A DNA stretch of 55,038 nucleotides, taken from Clostridia bacterium (lineage in GTDB: Bacteria; Bacillota; Clostridia; Christensenellales; CAG-138). The stretch spans positions 1-55,038 of the forward strand of contig JAPXSN010000002.1 in NCBI GenBank assembly GCA_033813015.1. Reading direction: 5' to 3'. The notes beneath the pieces were generated by a model. The model searched no databases and was not told where the DNA came from. It saw only the letters and a program-made list of their open reading frames with translations. Below, in pieces: positions 54,795-55,038 of this stretch (its first letter is position 1; every line of letters begins with the position of its first letter). The translations under genes and the position numbers were made by a program.

Positions 54795-55038
54795 TTACGC
54801 GTCGGCGCGGCGGTTGTGCGCGTTCGCCACATGCGCCTCCATAGCGGCCTTGGCCTCCTCGGGCTTGTGCTGCTCGATCGCCTCGAAGACGCGCCTGTGC
54901 TCGCTGAGCGAGCGCGTCGGCCGCTCGGGAGTCGTGAGGGAGTTGCGGCGCACCTGCCGCGTGTTCTGGTGGAGCTGCGCGAGTATGTGCCTGAGCACGC
55001 GGCTGTCGCACGCCGAAAAGATGACGTCGTGGAACTCC
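54795..55038 (-). CDS. GntR/FadR-family regulator, C-terminal FCD domain (5' part lies beyond the window)
   Basis: The frame is open to the window edge: EFHDVIFSACDSRVLRHILAQLHQNTRQ…HRRVFEAIEQHKPEEAKAAMEAHV, which is typical of an FCD effector domain. Confidence 0.75.
   Translation of the reverse strand, partial: EFHDVIFSACDSRVLRHILAQLHQNTRQVRRNSLTTPERPTRSLSEHRRVFEAIEQHKPEEAKAAMEAHVANAHNRRADA

Overview
This is a GC-rich, densely coding chromosomal segment of about 55 CDS. I saw no rRNA, tRNA, CRISPR array, transposase or integrase. The gene content (ptb-buk, Rnf, FabK-type FAS, BMP transporter) suggests an anaerobic Firmicute of the Clostridia/Oscillospiraceae type, which is an inference.

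Gene order, left to right:
1. A truncated GntR wHTH gene, divergent from a complete branched-chain amino acid to branched-chain acid operon: ptb, buk, an uncharacterised P-loop NTPase, a four-subunit 2-oxoacid:ferredoxin oxidoreductase, and ilvE.
2. An FAD-linked oxidase, xylB, and a xylA remnant with an in-frame internal deletion.
3. A BMP-family ABC importer, next to a LytS/YesM-type histidine kinase and a REC-wHTH response regulator.
4. A complete type II FAS/ACC cluster (fabT-fabH-acpP-fabK-fabD-fabG-fabF-accB-fabZ-accC-accD-accA) followed by degV.
5. A minus-strand three-gene cassette: an XRE-S24 (LexA/HdiR-like) repressor, a radical-SAM DNA modification/repair protein, and its UDG-like partner.
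6. apbE, a NusG-II protein and a Gx transporter, followed by rnfCDGEAB.
7. A GH2 glycosidase and an AraC regulator.
8. A long rhamnose operon (rhaA, aldolase-like gene, rhaB) that runs straight on into an SrlD-like SDR, a PHP phosphoesterase, a SorE-like MDR reductase, a lipoyl E2 and a fused E1 alpha-beta.
9. A THEP1-like NTPase, an orphan beta-class DNA methyltransferase, and the 3' part of a second GntR/FCD gene.

Best candidates for undescribed biology:
- The autoregulated repressor / radical-SAM / UDG-like cassette.
- The E1-E2 / sugar-phosphate dehydrogenase extension of the rhamnose operon.

All functional calls come from reading the translated ORFs. No database search was possible.
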